DNA of 64,000 bases from NCBI GenBank assembly GCA_039630055.1, contig JBCNVN010000001.1:1-64000 (forward strand), given 5' to 3'. Of this stretch, positions 38,398 through 48,435 are shown piece by piece. Each line of letters begins with the position of its first letter. Within the stretch, counting starts at the first letter, position 1. The stretch comes from Candidatus Caldarchaeales archaeon (lineage in GTDB: Archaea; Thermoproteota; Nitrososphaeria_A; Caldarchaeales; Wolframiiraptoraceae). The notes beneath the pieces are model-generated. The model made no database searches and was not told the origin of the DNA. It was given only the letters and a program-made list of their open reading frames with translations. A program made the translations under genes and the position numbers.

Positions 38398-39348
38398 GTG
38401 AATAGGAGTGAATGGAGATTGAGCCAACTATATTGTAGAGATATAATATCTGCTCTTGAATTCAGTAGGGATATAATGGACTCTATATTCGAAGAAGCGG
38501 ATAGTATTAGAAGAGAGCTGGGAGGCAAGAAGATTCTAGACTATTGTAAAGATAAAATCATGGTCACACTGTTTCTCGAGCCGAGTACACGTACAAGGTT
38601 AAGCTTCCAGTTTGCAATGATAAGGCTCGGAGGCATAGTAATAGACTTCGGGTTAGAGCAAGCTGCAAGCATAGTTAAGGGAGAGAGTTTTGAAGATACG
38701 GTTAAGATGGTCGATGGATATAATCCAGACATAATCGTGATTAGACATAGAGAGCCTGGCTCAGCGGCGAGAGCAGCAGAGATAGCCTCTGCACCTATCA
38801 TAAATGCAGGGGATGGATGGAATGAGCATCCAACTCAAGCATTGCTAGACCTTTACACGATAAGGAGAGAGCTGGGAAGAATAGATAACATAACAGTTGG
38901 AATTATGGGAGATTTAAGATATGGCAGGACTCCAAGTAGTTTAAGCTACGCTTTATCAAGATATAGAGGTGTTAGGATAGTGTATATTGCTCCCAAAGAA
39001 CTACAGATCCGTCGAGAAGTTTTAGATAAGATAGATGGTTTAGTCGAGTTTAGAATGGTTGAGAAAGTAGAAGAAGTTATAGAAGAGCTTGATATCCTAT
39101 ATGTGACGAGGCTCCAACGGGAACGATTCTCTGACCTGGCTGAATATGAGAGGCTAAAGGGAAGCTACATTGTAACAAGCGACTTATTGAAGAAATTTAA
39201 GAGGATACCCTTAATAATGCATCCATTGCCTAGAGTCGATGAGCTCTCGAGAGATGTCGACCTTCTCCCTGAAGCGAAATACTTTGCACAAGCAGAGAAT
39301 GGAGTATATGTTAGAGCTGCTCTAATAAAACATATCCTAACTATTTGA
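38398..39348 (+). CDS. pyrB: Aspartate carbamoyltransferase catalytic subunit
   Basis: EPSTRTRLSF, NAGDG, HPTQALLD, RLQRER, MHPLPR. Confidence 0.96.
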   Translation: MNRSEWRLSQLYCRDIISALEFSRDIMDSIFEEADSIRRELGGKKILDYCKDKIMVTLFLEPSTRTRLSFQFAMIRLGGIVIDFGLEQAASIVKGESFEDTVKMVDGYNPDIIVIRHREPGSAARAAEIASAPIINAGDGWNEHPTQALLDLYTIRRELGRIDNITVGIMGDLRYGRTPSSLSYALSRYRGVRIVYIAPKELQIRREVLDKIDGLVEFRMVEKVEEVIEELDILYVTRLQRERFSDLAEYERLKGSYIVTSDLLKKFKRIPLIMHPLPRVDELSRDVDLLPEAKYFAQAENGVYVRAALIKHILTI

Positions 39349-39430
39349 GGAATTCATCTCAACGAATAGAACGATTAATATTAATAGAAGTAGAGACAAG
39401 TTAATCAACTAGGACCTTCACATTTAGTTC

Positions 39431-40108
39431 ATGGATCTAAGCTTTAGGTCTCTCTTCTATAGAAGAGAGAAGAAGATCATGGACTTTATTGAAGAATATA
39501 TTGAGAAGGTTGTAGACACGGTTAGATATCTTAGAGTGGTCAGTGAATTGGTTAAGAGTGAAAAGATGGGGGATGCAGCACGCCTCTATAACTTTATAGA
39601 TCTCTTAGAGAGTGAGGCAGATAATATGAGGAGGAAGATCTCTGAAGAACTATGTAAGGGGGCCTTCTTCGCCCATCTTAGAGAAGACTTACTAAACCTT
39701 GTAGAAGAGATAGATGATATTGCAGATTCTGCTAAATACTTTGTGAAACAGTTTGTAGAGACTACTCCAAGCTGGGATCTATTGTATTTCGTATTCAATA
39801 TCCCCGAGATGGATAGGTACATCCAATCATGTATCGAGGCCTCAGAGAAGCTACTCCATTCTTTCAGGGTTTTTAGAGAAGATGTGGAGCAGGCTAAACC
39901 AATACTACGAGAGATAGAAGATATTGAGGAAGAGGCTGATGAGCTCAAGACATCATTGATAAAGAATATTCTTAGAGAAGCTGATAGATTTAGGATAATA
40001 GATGTAATACTTGTCAAAGAAATGATTAGTATGATGGATAATATATGTGATTCTGCTGAAGATGCTTCAGACATACTCTTCCAGATAATCGCAGAGGGAT
40101 ATGGGTAA
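39431..40108 (+). CDS. DUF47/PhoU-like phosphate transport regulator
   Basis: Duplicated ESEAD/EEEAD and DDIAD/DNICD motifs; adjacent to a PiT gene. Confidence 0.85.
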   Translation: MDLSFRSLFYRREKKIMDFIEEYIEKVVDTVRYLRVVSELVKSEKMGDAARLYNFIDLLESEADNMRRKISEELCKGAFFAHLREDLLNLVEEIDDIADSAKYFVKQFVETTPSWDLLYFVFNIPEMDRYIQSCIEASEKLLHSFRVFREDVEQAKPILREIEDIEEEADELKTSLIKNILREADRFRIIDVILVKEMISMMDNICDSAEDASDILFQIIAEGYG

Positions 40109-40143
40109 ACACTTTAATAAATGTATACCTCTTTAAGAATTTC

Positions 40144-41049
40144 GTGGAAGAAGCCGAAGCCTTTACGATAGCTATCTTCATATCTTTCTTGTTCAGCTGG
40201 AATAATAGCTCGCTTTTCATAGGCGGTTTAACTAGTTCTGGTATTGTTAAGCTTAGGATTGCAGCTCTCTTTACAGCTCTATCCATGATTATAGGATTTT
40301 CAGCGGAGAGTCAGAAGATGGATCCTGAGAATATACTCCTTTACGACGGATATCACTCTCCGCTTATCACCATCTTGATTATGCTGGCTATCTCAAACCT
40401 CTTAAGCATCCCGATAAGCATATCAAGTATCTCTATAGCATCTTTAATAGGATCATCGATAGCATCGGGCTCCAGACTAAACATTGTTTTTCTCTCTATT
40501 ACAGTATTGGCCTGGCTATTAGCACCCTTATCATCAATGCTCTTAACATCTATCATATATAATATCTTGAGAAAGAGGTTCTCTTCTATCAAGATTGACT
40601 CCCTTCCTCTACTAAATAAGGTTATAATCTATTCTACTACCTTCTATGCTGCTTATGTAATCTCAGCGAACAACCTCGGATTCCTTATATCTATGCTCGA
40701 TAATGATTCCACGATTACTTATGTAACTACTTTTCTTGGGATAGTTTTAGGATCTTATTTCTTCTCAGAACGTATATCCTACATTATGGGCGAGAGGCTT
40801 GCGATACTAAGCCCAGTTAAGCTCTCATCAAGCCTTTTATCATCATCTATAATACTCTGGATACTAACTCAGTTCAGTATACCTTCAGCATTAACTCATA
40901 TAATTCTTGGAGGGTTTATCGGAGCAGCATCAGCCTCTCCTTCATCCATTATCAACATGAGACTCTTCAAGAATCTTACAAGATCGTGGATAATTACTAC
41001 TCTAATATCTATTCCATTATCCTACATCTTAAGAAGTATTATGAGATAG
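40144..41049 (+). CDS. Divergent PiT-family inorganic phosphate/anion transporter
   Basis: Polytopic; WNN and SANN variants of the PiT signature; IPISIS and IPSALTH. Confidence 0.75.
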   Translation: MEEAEAFTIAIFISFLFSWNNSSLFIGGLTSSGIVKLRIAALFTALSMIIGFSAESQKMDPENILLYDGYHSPLITILIMLAISNLLSIPISISSISIASLIGSSIASGSRLNIVFLSITVLAWLLAPLSSMLLTSIIYNILRKRFSSIKIDSLPLLNKVIIYSTTFYAAYVISANNLGFLISMLDNDSTITYVTTFLGIVLGSYFFSERISYIMGERLAILSPVKLSSSLLSSSIILWILTQFSIPSALTHIILGGFIGAASASPSSIINMRLFKNLTRSWIITTLISIPLSYILRSIMR

Positions 41050-41160
41050 ATGTTACGATCTTGAGACTCTACTAATCTTTTAAAACTATGGGGAGCCACT
41101 AGTATCTCTGATATAACGAAGATCTTAAAGATTAGATTAGCGAGGTTAGGAGTGGATTAA

Positions 41161-42246
41161 ATGAGTAGAGACAAGGAGACAAAGATCTTCGAGGTTGATA
41201 CATTAAATATTAACATGGATTATATTAGTGAGGCTGCTGAAGTGATTAGGGATGGAGGCTTGGTTGTCTTCCCCACCGAGACTGTCTATGGGCTTGGAGC
41301 AGATGCGTTGAATCGAGAAGCTGTAAGAAAAGTATACGAGGTTAAGAAGAGACCATTAGATAATCCATTGATAGTACATATATCAAATATGGGTCAACTA
41401 GATAATGTCATATCTAGGATCCATGTAGGAGAAGAAGTCTACAAAATTATGGAGAGGTTCTGGCCTGGTCCTTTAACCCTTATACTTCCAAAATCAAGAG
41501 AATTACCTTATGAGGTGACGGCCGGCCATCAAGTAGTTGCGGTTAGAATGCCTGCCCATCCAGTAGCTTTGAACCTAATAGAATTGAGCAGGACCCCGAT
41601 AGTAGGTCCCAGCGCTAATCCAGCCGGTAGACCATCCCCTACTAGTGGAGAACACGTTAAGAAAGATATGATGGGAAAAGTGGATGTGATAATAGATGCG
41701 GGAGAGACACTATATGGTGTTGAGTCAACGATAATAGACTTGACAAGGGATCCTCCGATGCTTCTTAGACCTGGAGCGATCCCAGTAGAAGAGGTTGAGA
41801 AATATATTCAGAAGAGGGTGGATGTGCCGGATTTTGCTAGAGGACTGGTAAAAGTATCTGAGGCAATATCTCCTGGGATGAAGTATAGACATTATGCACC
41901 TATTACACCTTTAATTGTTATTGAGGCTGGAGATTATTCTAATCTGGAGACCTATTGTAGGAAGATTCAGGAGTATGTTAGAGATTTGAAGAGCTCTGGA
42001 AAGAAGATTGTAATATTGGCCTCGAGAGAGACTAGAGAACTCTATGAAAATATTGATGTACTGGTTTTAGGTTCTAGAAGTAATCTTTTTGAAGTTGCTA
42101 AGAACCTCTTCTCAACCCTGAGGATTATCGATGAGCTTAAAGTAGATTTGGCCGTATCTGAAGGATTTGAAGAGAGAGGGTTAGGATTGACTATAATGAA
42201 TAGGTTACGGAAAGCAAGCGGATACAATATCATAAAGATACCGTGA
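41161..42246 (+). CDS. sua5: Threonylcarbamoyl-AMP synthase (Sua5)
   Basis: FPTETVYGLG, KKRPLDNPLIVH, FWPGPLT, PSAN, SPGMKYRHYAP. Confidence 0.96.
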   Translation: MSRDKETKIFEVDTLNINMDYISEAAEVIRDGGLVVFPTETVYGLGADALNREAVRKVYEVKKRPLDNPLIVHISNMGQLDNVISRIHVGEEVYKIMERFWPGPLTLILPKSRELPYEVTAGHQVVAVRMPAHPVALNLIELSRTPIVGPSANPAGRPSPTSGEHVKKDMMGKVDVIIDAGETLYGVESTIIDLTRDPPMLLRPGAIPVEEVEKYIQKRVDVPDFARGLVKVSEAISPGMKYRHYAPITPLIVIEAGDYSNLETYCRKIQEYVRDLKSSGKKIVILASRETRELYENIDVLVLGSRSNLFEVAKNLFSTLRIIDELKVDLAVSEGFEERGLGLTIMNRLRKASGYNIIKIP

Positions 42247-42477
42247 CTTTCTGAATTATCCATCGTATAGAGTTTAGGGAGTTATCATGGATCATCTTCA
42301 TAAAGTTCTAAGAGGAGATCAGCATCACGTCGTTCTTTGAACACACATACTACATAAACGATTATCAATTATCATGTAGATATGTAAGAGTATGAAGATG
42401 TCAAAGGTTGGAGGAAGCATATATAAATGCTAGGAAATTGAATATAGGAAGATGAAGTTCTTCTACTCTTCTCATTG

Positions 42478-42588
42478 ATGTATGTTATCGCTGTCGCTCC
42501 CAGTAATCCTTTAGTGCCAGTATTCTCAATGATGCTCTTGATTGTAATATTACTGCTGCTCTACTCTATCTACACCATTAGAAGGTGA
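42478..42588 (+). CDS. Small hydrophobic peptide (36 aa) directly upstream of the LAGLIDADG gene
   Basis: MYVIAVAPSNPLVPVFSMMLLIVILLLLYSIYTIRR*; its stop sits in AGGTGA, a ribosome-binding site for the next gene. Confidence 0.45.
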   Translation: MYVIAVAPSNPLVPVFSMMLLIVILLLLYSIYTIRR

Positions 42589-42592
42589 TATA

Positions 42593-43696
42593 TTGAATAG
42601 TGAAAACAAATTGTTCTCGAGATCTTCTTTAGAAGATCAACTGAGAGTTTATAGATACGTCATGGAAAAAAAGACTGAGAGTGCTAAAAACCTCGCCCAA
42701 CAGATTCGAGAAAAATTCCATGTGAGTATACACCCTGACACCATAAAGCGTTGGAAAAAGAGGGGTTCTCGTTTTGACTTCTTGATCGATTACCTAGAAA
42801 CTCCAATATTAGAAATATCGTACTTCACCCTCAGAGACGAGGCAATCAAATTACATAACGTATTCGGCTACGTATTGATAAGCAAGATACTTCATATGAA
42901 GTATGGCATTAGAATCAGTCCCCCAACAATAAATGGGTGGTTGCGGGGTAAAAAGCCCAGAACAACTAATCTCTCACCATCTCCCGAACTCGCTGTAGTA
43001 GCTGCTGCCGTTGTAGGAGACGGTTGTATAACTACTAGTAAACATTTGCGTCCCAAACCTTATGTACAAAAAAAGATAGAATTGTCCATGAAAGACATTG
43101 AACCAGTATTGATGGTAAGAGACTGTCTACTTAAAATTTGCAAATATAATTATATAATTAGTGAAAAACAGGGAAGGTATTGGATTGCTTGTCATAGAAA
43201 GGATCTCGTAGATTATCTAAGTAATAGAGACAACATTCTCAATCTATTGCGATCTTTTCCTATAGAATTTATGAGAATGTTATTTGAGTGTGATGGTCAT
43301 GTTTCTGCTAGTATTTCCACAGTAAACGATAAAGGAAAAATTAAAAAAGTCTTTGATGTAAAAATATGTCTAACGAACTCGGACAAAGAACTTTTAGAGG
43401 AGGTTCAAAAACAACTAGAAAAGTTAGGGATTCGTTCAAAGATATATTTATCCACAAAAGCTGGAACCCCACTAATAATGCCCAACAACTCTAGGATTTA
43501 TATAAGGAAGAAAGATATATACAGATTGTCCATACAGGAGAAATTGTCAATAATGAAATTCTCTACAATAAACTTTATTACTAGAAGAAAAAGACAGAAA
43601 CTGGAAAATATAATCAACATTCTCCAGAAATGCTCAGAGACAGAGGCTGTAGATGAATGGATTAAACTTGTAGCTGAATATATGAAGGGCGAATAG
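42593..43696 (+). mobile_element. Free-standing LAGLIDADG (intein-type DOD) endonuclease with two N-terminal HTH-like repeats
   Basis: LAVVAAAVVGDG and FMRMLFECDG motifs, LTNSDKELLEEVQKQLEKLGI, tandem HPDTIKRW / SPPTINGW helices; no intein splicing residues; A-rich composition unlike the flanks. Confidence 0.85.
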
Positions 43697-43727
43697 CCCC
43701 CTCCCCTCTCTTTATTTTTATTCTTCT

Positions 43728-43784
43728 CTAGGCTAATATAAAATTTTCAAGTCTTGTAATTGGATCTATTACTACTTCTCTCAA
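43728..43784 (-). pseudogene. mvhA: Truncated [NiFe] hydrogenase large subunit, first 13 codons only
   Basis: TTG start a few nt after the mvhG stop, preceded by GAGGGGTGA; reads MREVVIDPITRLE then NFILA*; group 3 large subunits begin IDPxTRxEGH. Confidence 0.85.
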
Positions 43785-43789
43785 TTATC

Positions 43790-44770
43790 TCACCCCTCAA
43801 CCATCTTTATCTTTCCACGTAGCCGTGAGGCGGCTAACGTATATCTATAGAATGTACCCATGAAGTCTGAAAAGTTGTTTAGAGCCTTCTCAATTTCTTC
43901 TTCATTATAGTGGTCTAGGATGCTTGCAAAGTATGATGCTGCCTTACCACCATAGTCTATTACTTCGTCAAGTGGGCCGAAGCATCCTGTACAAGGCATG
44001 GCAGCCTTGACACATAGTGCTCCACATCCTCCACGAGTAACTGGGCCTAAACATGCTAATCCTTGGACTAGAAGACATTTCTCAGGGTCGACGACTATTT
44101 CATGGGGTCTCTTGACCTCCTTTATTAAAACCTTCTCAGGCTTTGTCTCATTTAGAGGACAGTCATAGCATAGGGATCTTTCAGATGCTCCTAGAACAGA
44201 ACCTTTAGCTGGAAGGTTTCCTGATAGAAGAGCCTCGATAGCCTTCCATGTAACTTCGGGGGTTGGAGGGCATCCTGGAATATAGTAATCCACATCTATT
44301 ACTAGGTCTAATGGTAAGAGTCTTGGAAAGAACTCGGGTAGCTTAAGATTTATTCCCTCCTCTAATCTTACATTTGTCATAGGTGTTCTCTTTTCAGAGT
44401 TGCTAATGGTTGGAGCCTCATGATATACATAATTAAATATGTCTTCTTTACTGTATAGGTTGGCTAGACCTGGAACGCCTCCCCAAGATGAACATGCACC
44501 ATAAGCTACAACTATCTTGGACTTTTTCCTTAATAGTTTTACAACTTCTTCATGTTCCTCTAATCTTATCCCACCATTTATGAAGCTGACAGTTATAGAT
44601 TTATCTGGAAGGTTCTCAACATCCTTAACCTTAAAGTCTAGTGCCACCGGCCAGAATACTATATCTACCAAGCTTACTAAGTCTAGGATCTTCTCTGCCA
44701 AGTCTACTACAGATTCTTCACATCCACCACAGCTAGCACACCAGTAGAGAGCAACCTTAGGCTTCTCCAA
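43790..44770 (-). CDS. mvhG: Group 3c [NiFe] hydrogenase small subunit
   Basis: CASCGGCE, GACS, IPGCPP, distal CYDC / CLGPVT / CGALC / CTGC. Confidence 0.92.
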   Translation of the reverse strand: MEKPKVALYWCASCGGCEESVVDLAEKILDLVSLVDIVFWPVALDFKVKDVENLPDKSITVSFINGGIRLEEHEEVVKLLRKKSKIVVAYGACSSWGGVPGLANLYSKEDIFNYVYHEAPTISNSEKRTPMTNVRLEEGINLKLPEFFPRLLPLDLVIDVDYYIPGCPPTPEVTWKAIEALLSGNLPAKGSVLGASERSLCYDCPLNETKPEKVLIKEVKRPHEIVVDPEKCLLVQGLACLGPVTRGGCGALCVKAAMPCTGCFGPLDEVIDYGGKAASYFASILDHYNEEEIEKALNNFSDFMGTFYRYTLAASRLRGKIKMVEG

Positions 44771-45188
44771 CTCTCACCTCACCTTCAACCCTCAAAGGTC
44801 CCAAAGCTTTTATCTCCCTATACATTTCTTGAGCTACTCTAACAAATTTCTCTGCTTCTGAAGCAGATATCCATTCAAGCCTAAACCTCTCCTTCTCTAT
44901 CCCAAAACTCTCAAGCATCTTCTTCAGCAAAGTCATTCTCCTCAATGCTTTATAATTTCCTTCTATATAATGGCAGTCTCCTGGATGGCATCCAGCAACT
45001 AGTACTCCATCAGCACCCCGACTGAAAGCCTCCAAGATAAACTGAGGGTCGACTCTACCTGAACACATAACTTTTATAACTAAAAAGTTTGGAGGATACT
45101 TCATCCTACTCGTTCCAGCTAGGTCAAGCGCAGCATATGAGCACCAGTTACATGCAAAAACGATTATCCTAGGTTCAAAATTCTCCAA
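44757..45188 (-). CDS. mvhD: [2Fe-2S] subunit MvhD
   Basis: CNWCSY, MCSGRV, GCHPGDCHY, WISASE. Confidence 0.95.
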   Translation of the reverse strand: MENFEPRIIVFACNWCSYAALDLAGTSRMKYPPNFLVIKVMCSGRVDPQFILEAFSRGADGVLVAGCHPGDCHYIEGNYKALRRMTLLKKMLESFGIEKERFRLEWISASEAEKFVRVAQEMYREIKALGPLRVEGEVRVGEA

Positions 45189-45194
45189 AACTGA

Positions 45195-47162
45195 TCACCT
45201 CGCTAAGGCTGCTAAGAGCTGAGCCTTAAGCTGGGTATCTTTAAAGCTGAATTGCTGCATAGCACCACTTGGGCATGCGGCTACACAAACTCCACATCCC
45301 TTACATAGAGAAGCATCAACCTTCGCCGACCTCACCCGGTCTATAACCTCTAAACTTATAGCGGTATATGGGCACACACCTATACATATAGAGCATCCGC
45401 TACAAATACTTTTATTGACTACTGCTATCGTAGGCTCTACTATAACTTCTTCCTTGGATAGGAGTGTTACAGCCTTAGAAGCAGCCGCACTACCTGAAGC
45501 AATACTTTCAATAATGTTTTTAGGTCCTGTAACTGCTCCAGCTAAGTAGACTCCATCTGTAGTTGCCTCAACAGGTCTAAGCTTTAGATGTGCTTCTTTA
45601 AGGAAGCCTTCTGGTCCACATCCAACTTTAAGGATTGTTCTGACCTTATCTATACCTTCTGGAGGCTTCATCCCTACAACTAATACTACCAAGTCTGCAG
45701 GTATAGTCACTTCTTCATTTATCGTTTCTTCAAAGAAGCTTACATATATCTCACCATCAGGTTTAACCGTCACCCTTGGAGATTCTTTAAATCTTGCGAA
45801 TCTTATAAAGTGCTCACCGGCTTTTAAGTATAATTGTTCATCTCCTCTACCATACGTTCTAATATCTTTATGGAGTATGTAGATATCCGTATCCGGATAT
45901 GCTTCTCTGATCATTAATGCATTCTTTATAGTTGAGGAGCAACACATCCTCGAGCAGTGTGAGTAAGCATTAGGGGTTGTGTTTAGTGAGCCTACACACA
46001 TTATGAAGACTATCTTCTTAGGCTTAAACCCATCTACTACCAGTTCTCCATTTGTGGGACCATCTCGGACGAGCAATCTCTCAAGCTGGAACAATGTTGT
46101 GATCCTATTGGATAGCTTATACCCATACTCACCTATAGGAGGTTCATAAGGGTCGTAGCCTGCTGCCACGACTACTGCTCCAACATCTAGGTCTATCTCT
46201 TCAAATCTTTCCTCTAAGTTTATTGCGGCTGTGGGACATACCTCTACGCATTTACCACATCTAGTACAGTTCTGCATATCTATAACGTATAGCTTTGGAT
46301 ACGCATCTTTAAACGGTAGGTATATTGCTTTTCTTCTAGATATTCCAAACTCGTATTCATTCGGAACTTCTACAGGGCATATCTTACTGCACTCATCACA
46401 TAGAATACATCTCTCATTAACATACCTAGGCTTCTTCGCTAGCTTTACCTTGAAGTTTCCAACGGATCCATCTACTCCTATCAACTCTGTATTTACGTAT
46501 ATGTTGATGTTCGGGTCTCCAGCAACCTTCTGGATAAGCTCTCTAGCTATATCAGAGCCTTTCAGTTCTGTATAAGGTAATCTTCCAAGCCTAGCCACTC
46601 TTCCACCAAGAATAGGTGCTCTCTCGACCAAGTGAACTTTGAAACCTTTCCCAGCTAGGTCTTGAGCAGCAGCTAATCCTGAAACACCTCCACCGATGAC
46701 TAGCACGCTTCTATCTACCTTAAACTTTATATCTTCTAAAGGTTCTAGCAGAGATGCTTTAGCTACAGCCATTCTAATAAGGATCTTAACTTTCTCCGTA
46801 GCCCTCTCTTTAGTATCTGAATGTGGCCATGAACATAGTTCCCTTATATTCGCCATCTCTAGAACGTATGGATTTAGCCCAGCTTCAGCTAAGGTCGACC
46901 TAAAAGTATGTTCATGCATTGTTGGAGAACATGCAGCTACGACAACCCTGTTTAAACCATGCTTCTTAACGCTTTCCTTGATCAATTCTTGTCCAGGAGC
47001 TGAGCACATGAATAGGTAATCTCTTACCTCTACAACATTTGGTAGATTCTTAACATAATCAACTACTTCTTTAATGTTTACTACGCCTGCAATATTTGCT
47101 CCGCAGTGGCATACGTATACTCCGATTCTAGGCTCTTCACCCATGCTATACACCTCCAGCAA
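45195..47162 (-). CDS. HdrA-like flavoprotein, QmoB-type (MvhD domain encoded separately)
   Basis: CHCG N-domain, GGGVSG, inserted and C-terminal ferredoxin domains, CSRMCC; lacks the FPTxDC cysteine. Confidence 0.88.
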   Translation of the reverse strand: MLEVYSMGEEPRIGVYVCHCGANIAGVVNIKEVVDYVKNLPNVVEVRDYLFMCSAPGQELIKESVKKHGLNRVVVAACSPTMHEHTFRSTLAEAGLNPYVLEMANIRELCSWPHSDTKERATEKVKILIRMAVAKASLLEPLEDIKFKVDRSVLVIGGGVSGLAAAQDLAGKGFKVHLVERAPILGGRVARLGRLPYTELKGSDIARELIQKVAGDPNINIYVNTELIGVDGSVGNFKVKLAKKPRYVNERCILCDECSKICPVEVPNEYEFGISRRKAIYLPFKDAYPKLYVIDMQNCTRCGKCVEVCPTAAINLEERFEEIDLDVGAVVVAAGYDPYEPPIGEYGYKLSNRITTLFQLERLLVRDGPTNGELVVDGFKPKKIVFIMCVGSLNTTPNAYSHCSRMCCSSTIKNALMIREAYPDTDIYILHKDIRTYGRGDEQLYLKAGEHFIRFARFKESPRVTVKPDGEIYVSFFEETINEEVTIPADLVVLVVGMKPPEGIDKVRTILKVGCGPEGFLKEAHLKLRPVEATTDGVYLAGAVTGPKNIIESIASGSAAASKAVTLLSKEEVIVEPTIAVVNKSICSGCSICIGVCPYTAISLEVIDRVRSAKVDASLCKGCGVCVAACPSGAMQQFSFKDTQLKAQLLAALAR

Positions 47163-48435
47163 TTATAGATGCTTTGATAGCTGCAGAGTCGGCTTGGACC
47201 ACTGAGTCGGGTATATCTTTAGCTCCAGCAGCTACTCCTACAACATATATCCCTTTTATATTTGTTGAGGTTGGGTCTAGGTAAGGATTCTCTAAACGTA
47301 TGTATCCATCTTCGCTCAATGTTATAGGTAGAGCGGTTGGATAGTTCGGCTTAACCCCTAAAGCTAATACAACCATTTCAGCTCTCATAGTCTTCTTAAT
47401 CCCAGTGAAAGTATCTTCATAAGTAATCATAAGGTCTTTAGTCTTAGGGTCTTCCTCGATCTTCGCAGGCTTACTCCTAACGAAGTTTATCTTAAATTCC
47501 TCTCTAGCTCTGTTGTAGAATTCTTGGTATCCTTTTCCGAACGCTCTCATATCCATGTAGAATATTGTGCACTCAACATCCGGCAAGTGTTCTTTCGCAA
47601 GTATTGCATGTTTAATGGAGGCAGTACAGCAGAAGGCTGAGCAGTTTGGATTTATCTTAACATCTCTGGAACATATGCATTGTATAAATGCAATACTCTT
47701 CGGATGCTTTTTATCCGACCTCCTCACGACCTCTCCACCTGTTGGACCTGTTGCAGACACCAGTCTTTCAAATTCTAAAGATGTGTAAACGTTTGCATAT
47801 TTTCCATAACCGTAGAGTGGCTGTAGCTTGGGATCCATGAGTTCATATCCAGTAGCAATAATAATGGATGCAACGTTAAGCTCTATCGTTTGAGGCTGTT
47901 GCTCAAAGTCTACTGCTCTCGTTGGGCAGACCCTCTCACATACTCTACAAATCCCTTTAGTAAAGTAGAAGCAATAGTCTCTATCTATTGTTGCTTTTAG
48001 AGGGACTGCTTGAGGGAAGAGGAAATATATCGCTCTTCTATTGCTCATCCCTAGATTAAACTCGTCTGGAACTTTAGATGGACACTTAGACATACAAACT
48101 CCGCATCCAATACATTTATCTTCGATAACGTATCTAGGCTTCTTCAGGATCCTTACATTAAAGTCTCCTACTCCTCCTTTAACATCTAATACTTCTGAAT
48201 ACGTTAAGAGCTTTATCATTGGATGTCTTGCAACGGAGACCATCTTAGGCGTAAGTATGCATGAAGAGCAGTCTAATGTTGGAAATGTTTTATCGAGTTG
48301 AGCCATTTTACCACCAATACTCGGAGCCTTCTCGACCAGATACACTGGGATTCCGTGATCACCGAGATCCAAAGCTGCTTGGATACCAGCGATCCCTCCA
48401 CCAATAACCAATACAGGCTTAGGCAAGCGCGCCAC
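47146..48435 (-). CDS. Short HdrA-like flavoprotein, QmoA-type
   Basis: 429 aa starting directly at the FAD fold (GGGIAG), FPTLDC, inserted ferredoxin, CSAFCC; no N- or C-terminal extra domains. Confidence 0.88.
   Translation of the reverse strand: MARLPKPVLVIGGGIAGIQAALDLGDHGIPVYLVEKAPSIGGKMAQLDKTFPTLDCSSCILTPKMVSVARHPMIKLLTYSEVLDVKGGVGDFNVRILKKPRYVIEDKCIGCGVCMSKCPSKVPDEFNLGMSNRRAIYFLFPQAVPLKATIDRDYCFYFTKGICRVCERVCPTRAVDFEQQPQTIELNVASIIIATGYELMDPKLQPLYGYGKYANVYTSLEFERLVSATGPTGGEVVRRSDKKHPKSIAFIQCICSRDVKINPNCSAFCCTASIKHAILAKEHLPDVECTIFYMDMRAFGKGYQEFYNRAREEFKINFVRSKPAKIEEDPKTKDLMITYEDTFTGIKKTMRAEMVVLALGVKPNYPTALPITLSEDGYIRLENPYLDPTSTNIKGIYVVGVAAGAKDIPDSVVQADSAAIKASIIAGGV

Noticed and set aside
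42286-42420. Minus-strand fragments RLCSMC and LYEDDP as a possible remainder of mvhA
   Set aside because: Different frames, no GH continuation and poor match to RxCGxC/DPCxxC; too weak to call a second exon
43728-43730. TAG read-through or BHB intron rescuing mvhA
   Set aside because: Homology is lost five codons before the stop and no downstream exon is visible in the window
42246-43750. Terminal inverted repeats or target-site duplication around the LAGLIDADG gene
   Set aside because: None found by eye; only a short GGGC-GAATA-GCCC hairpin and pyrimidine tract consistent with a terminator
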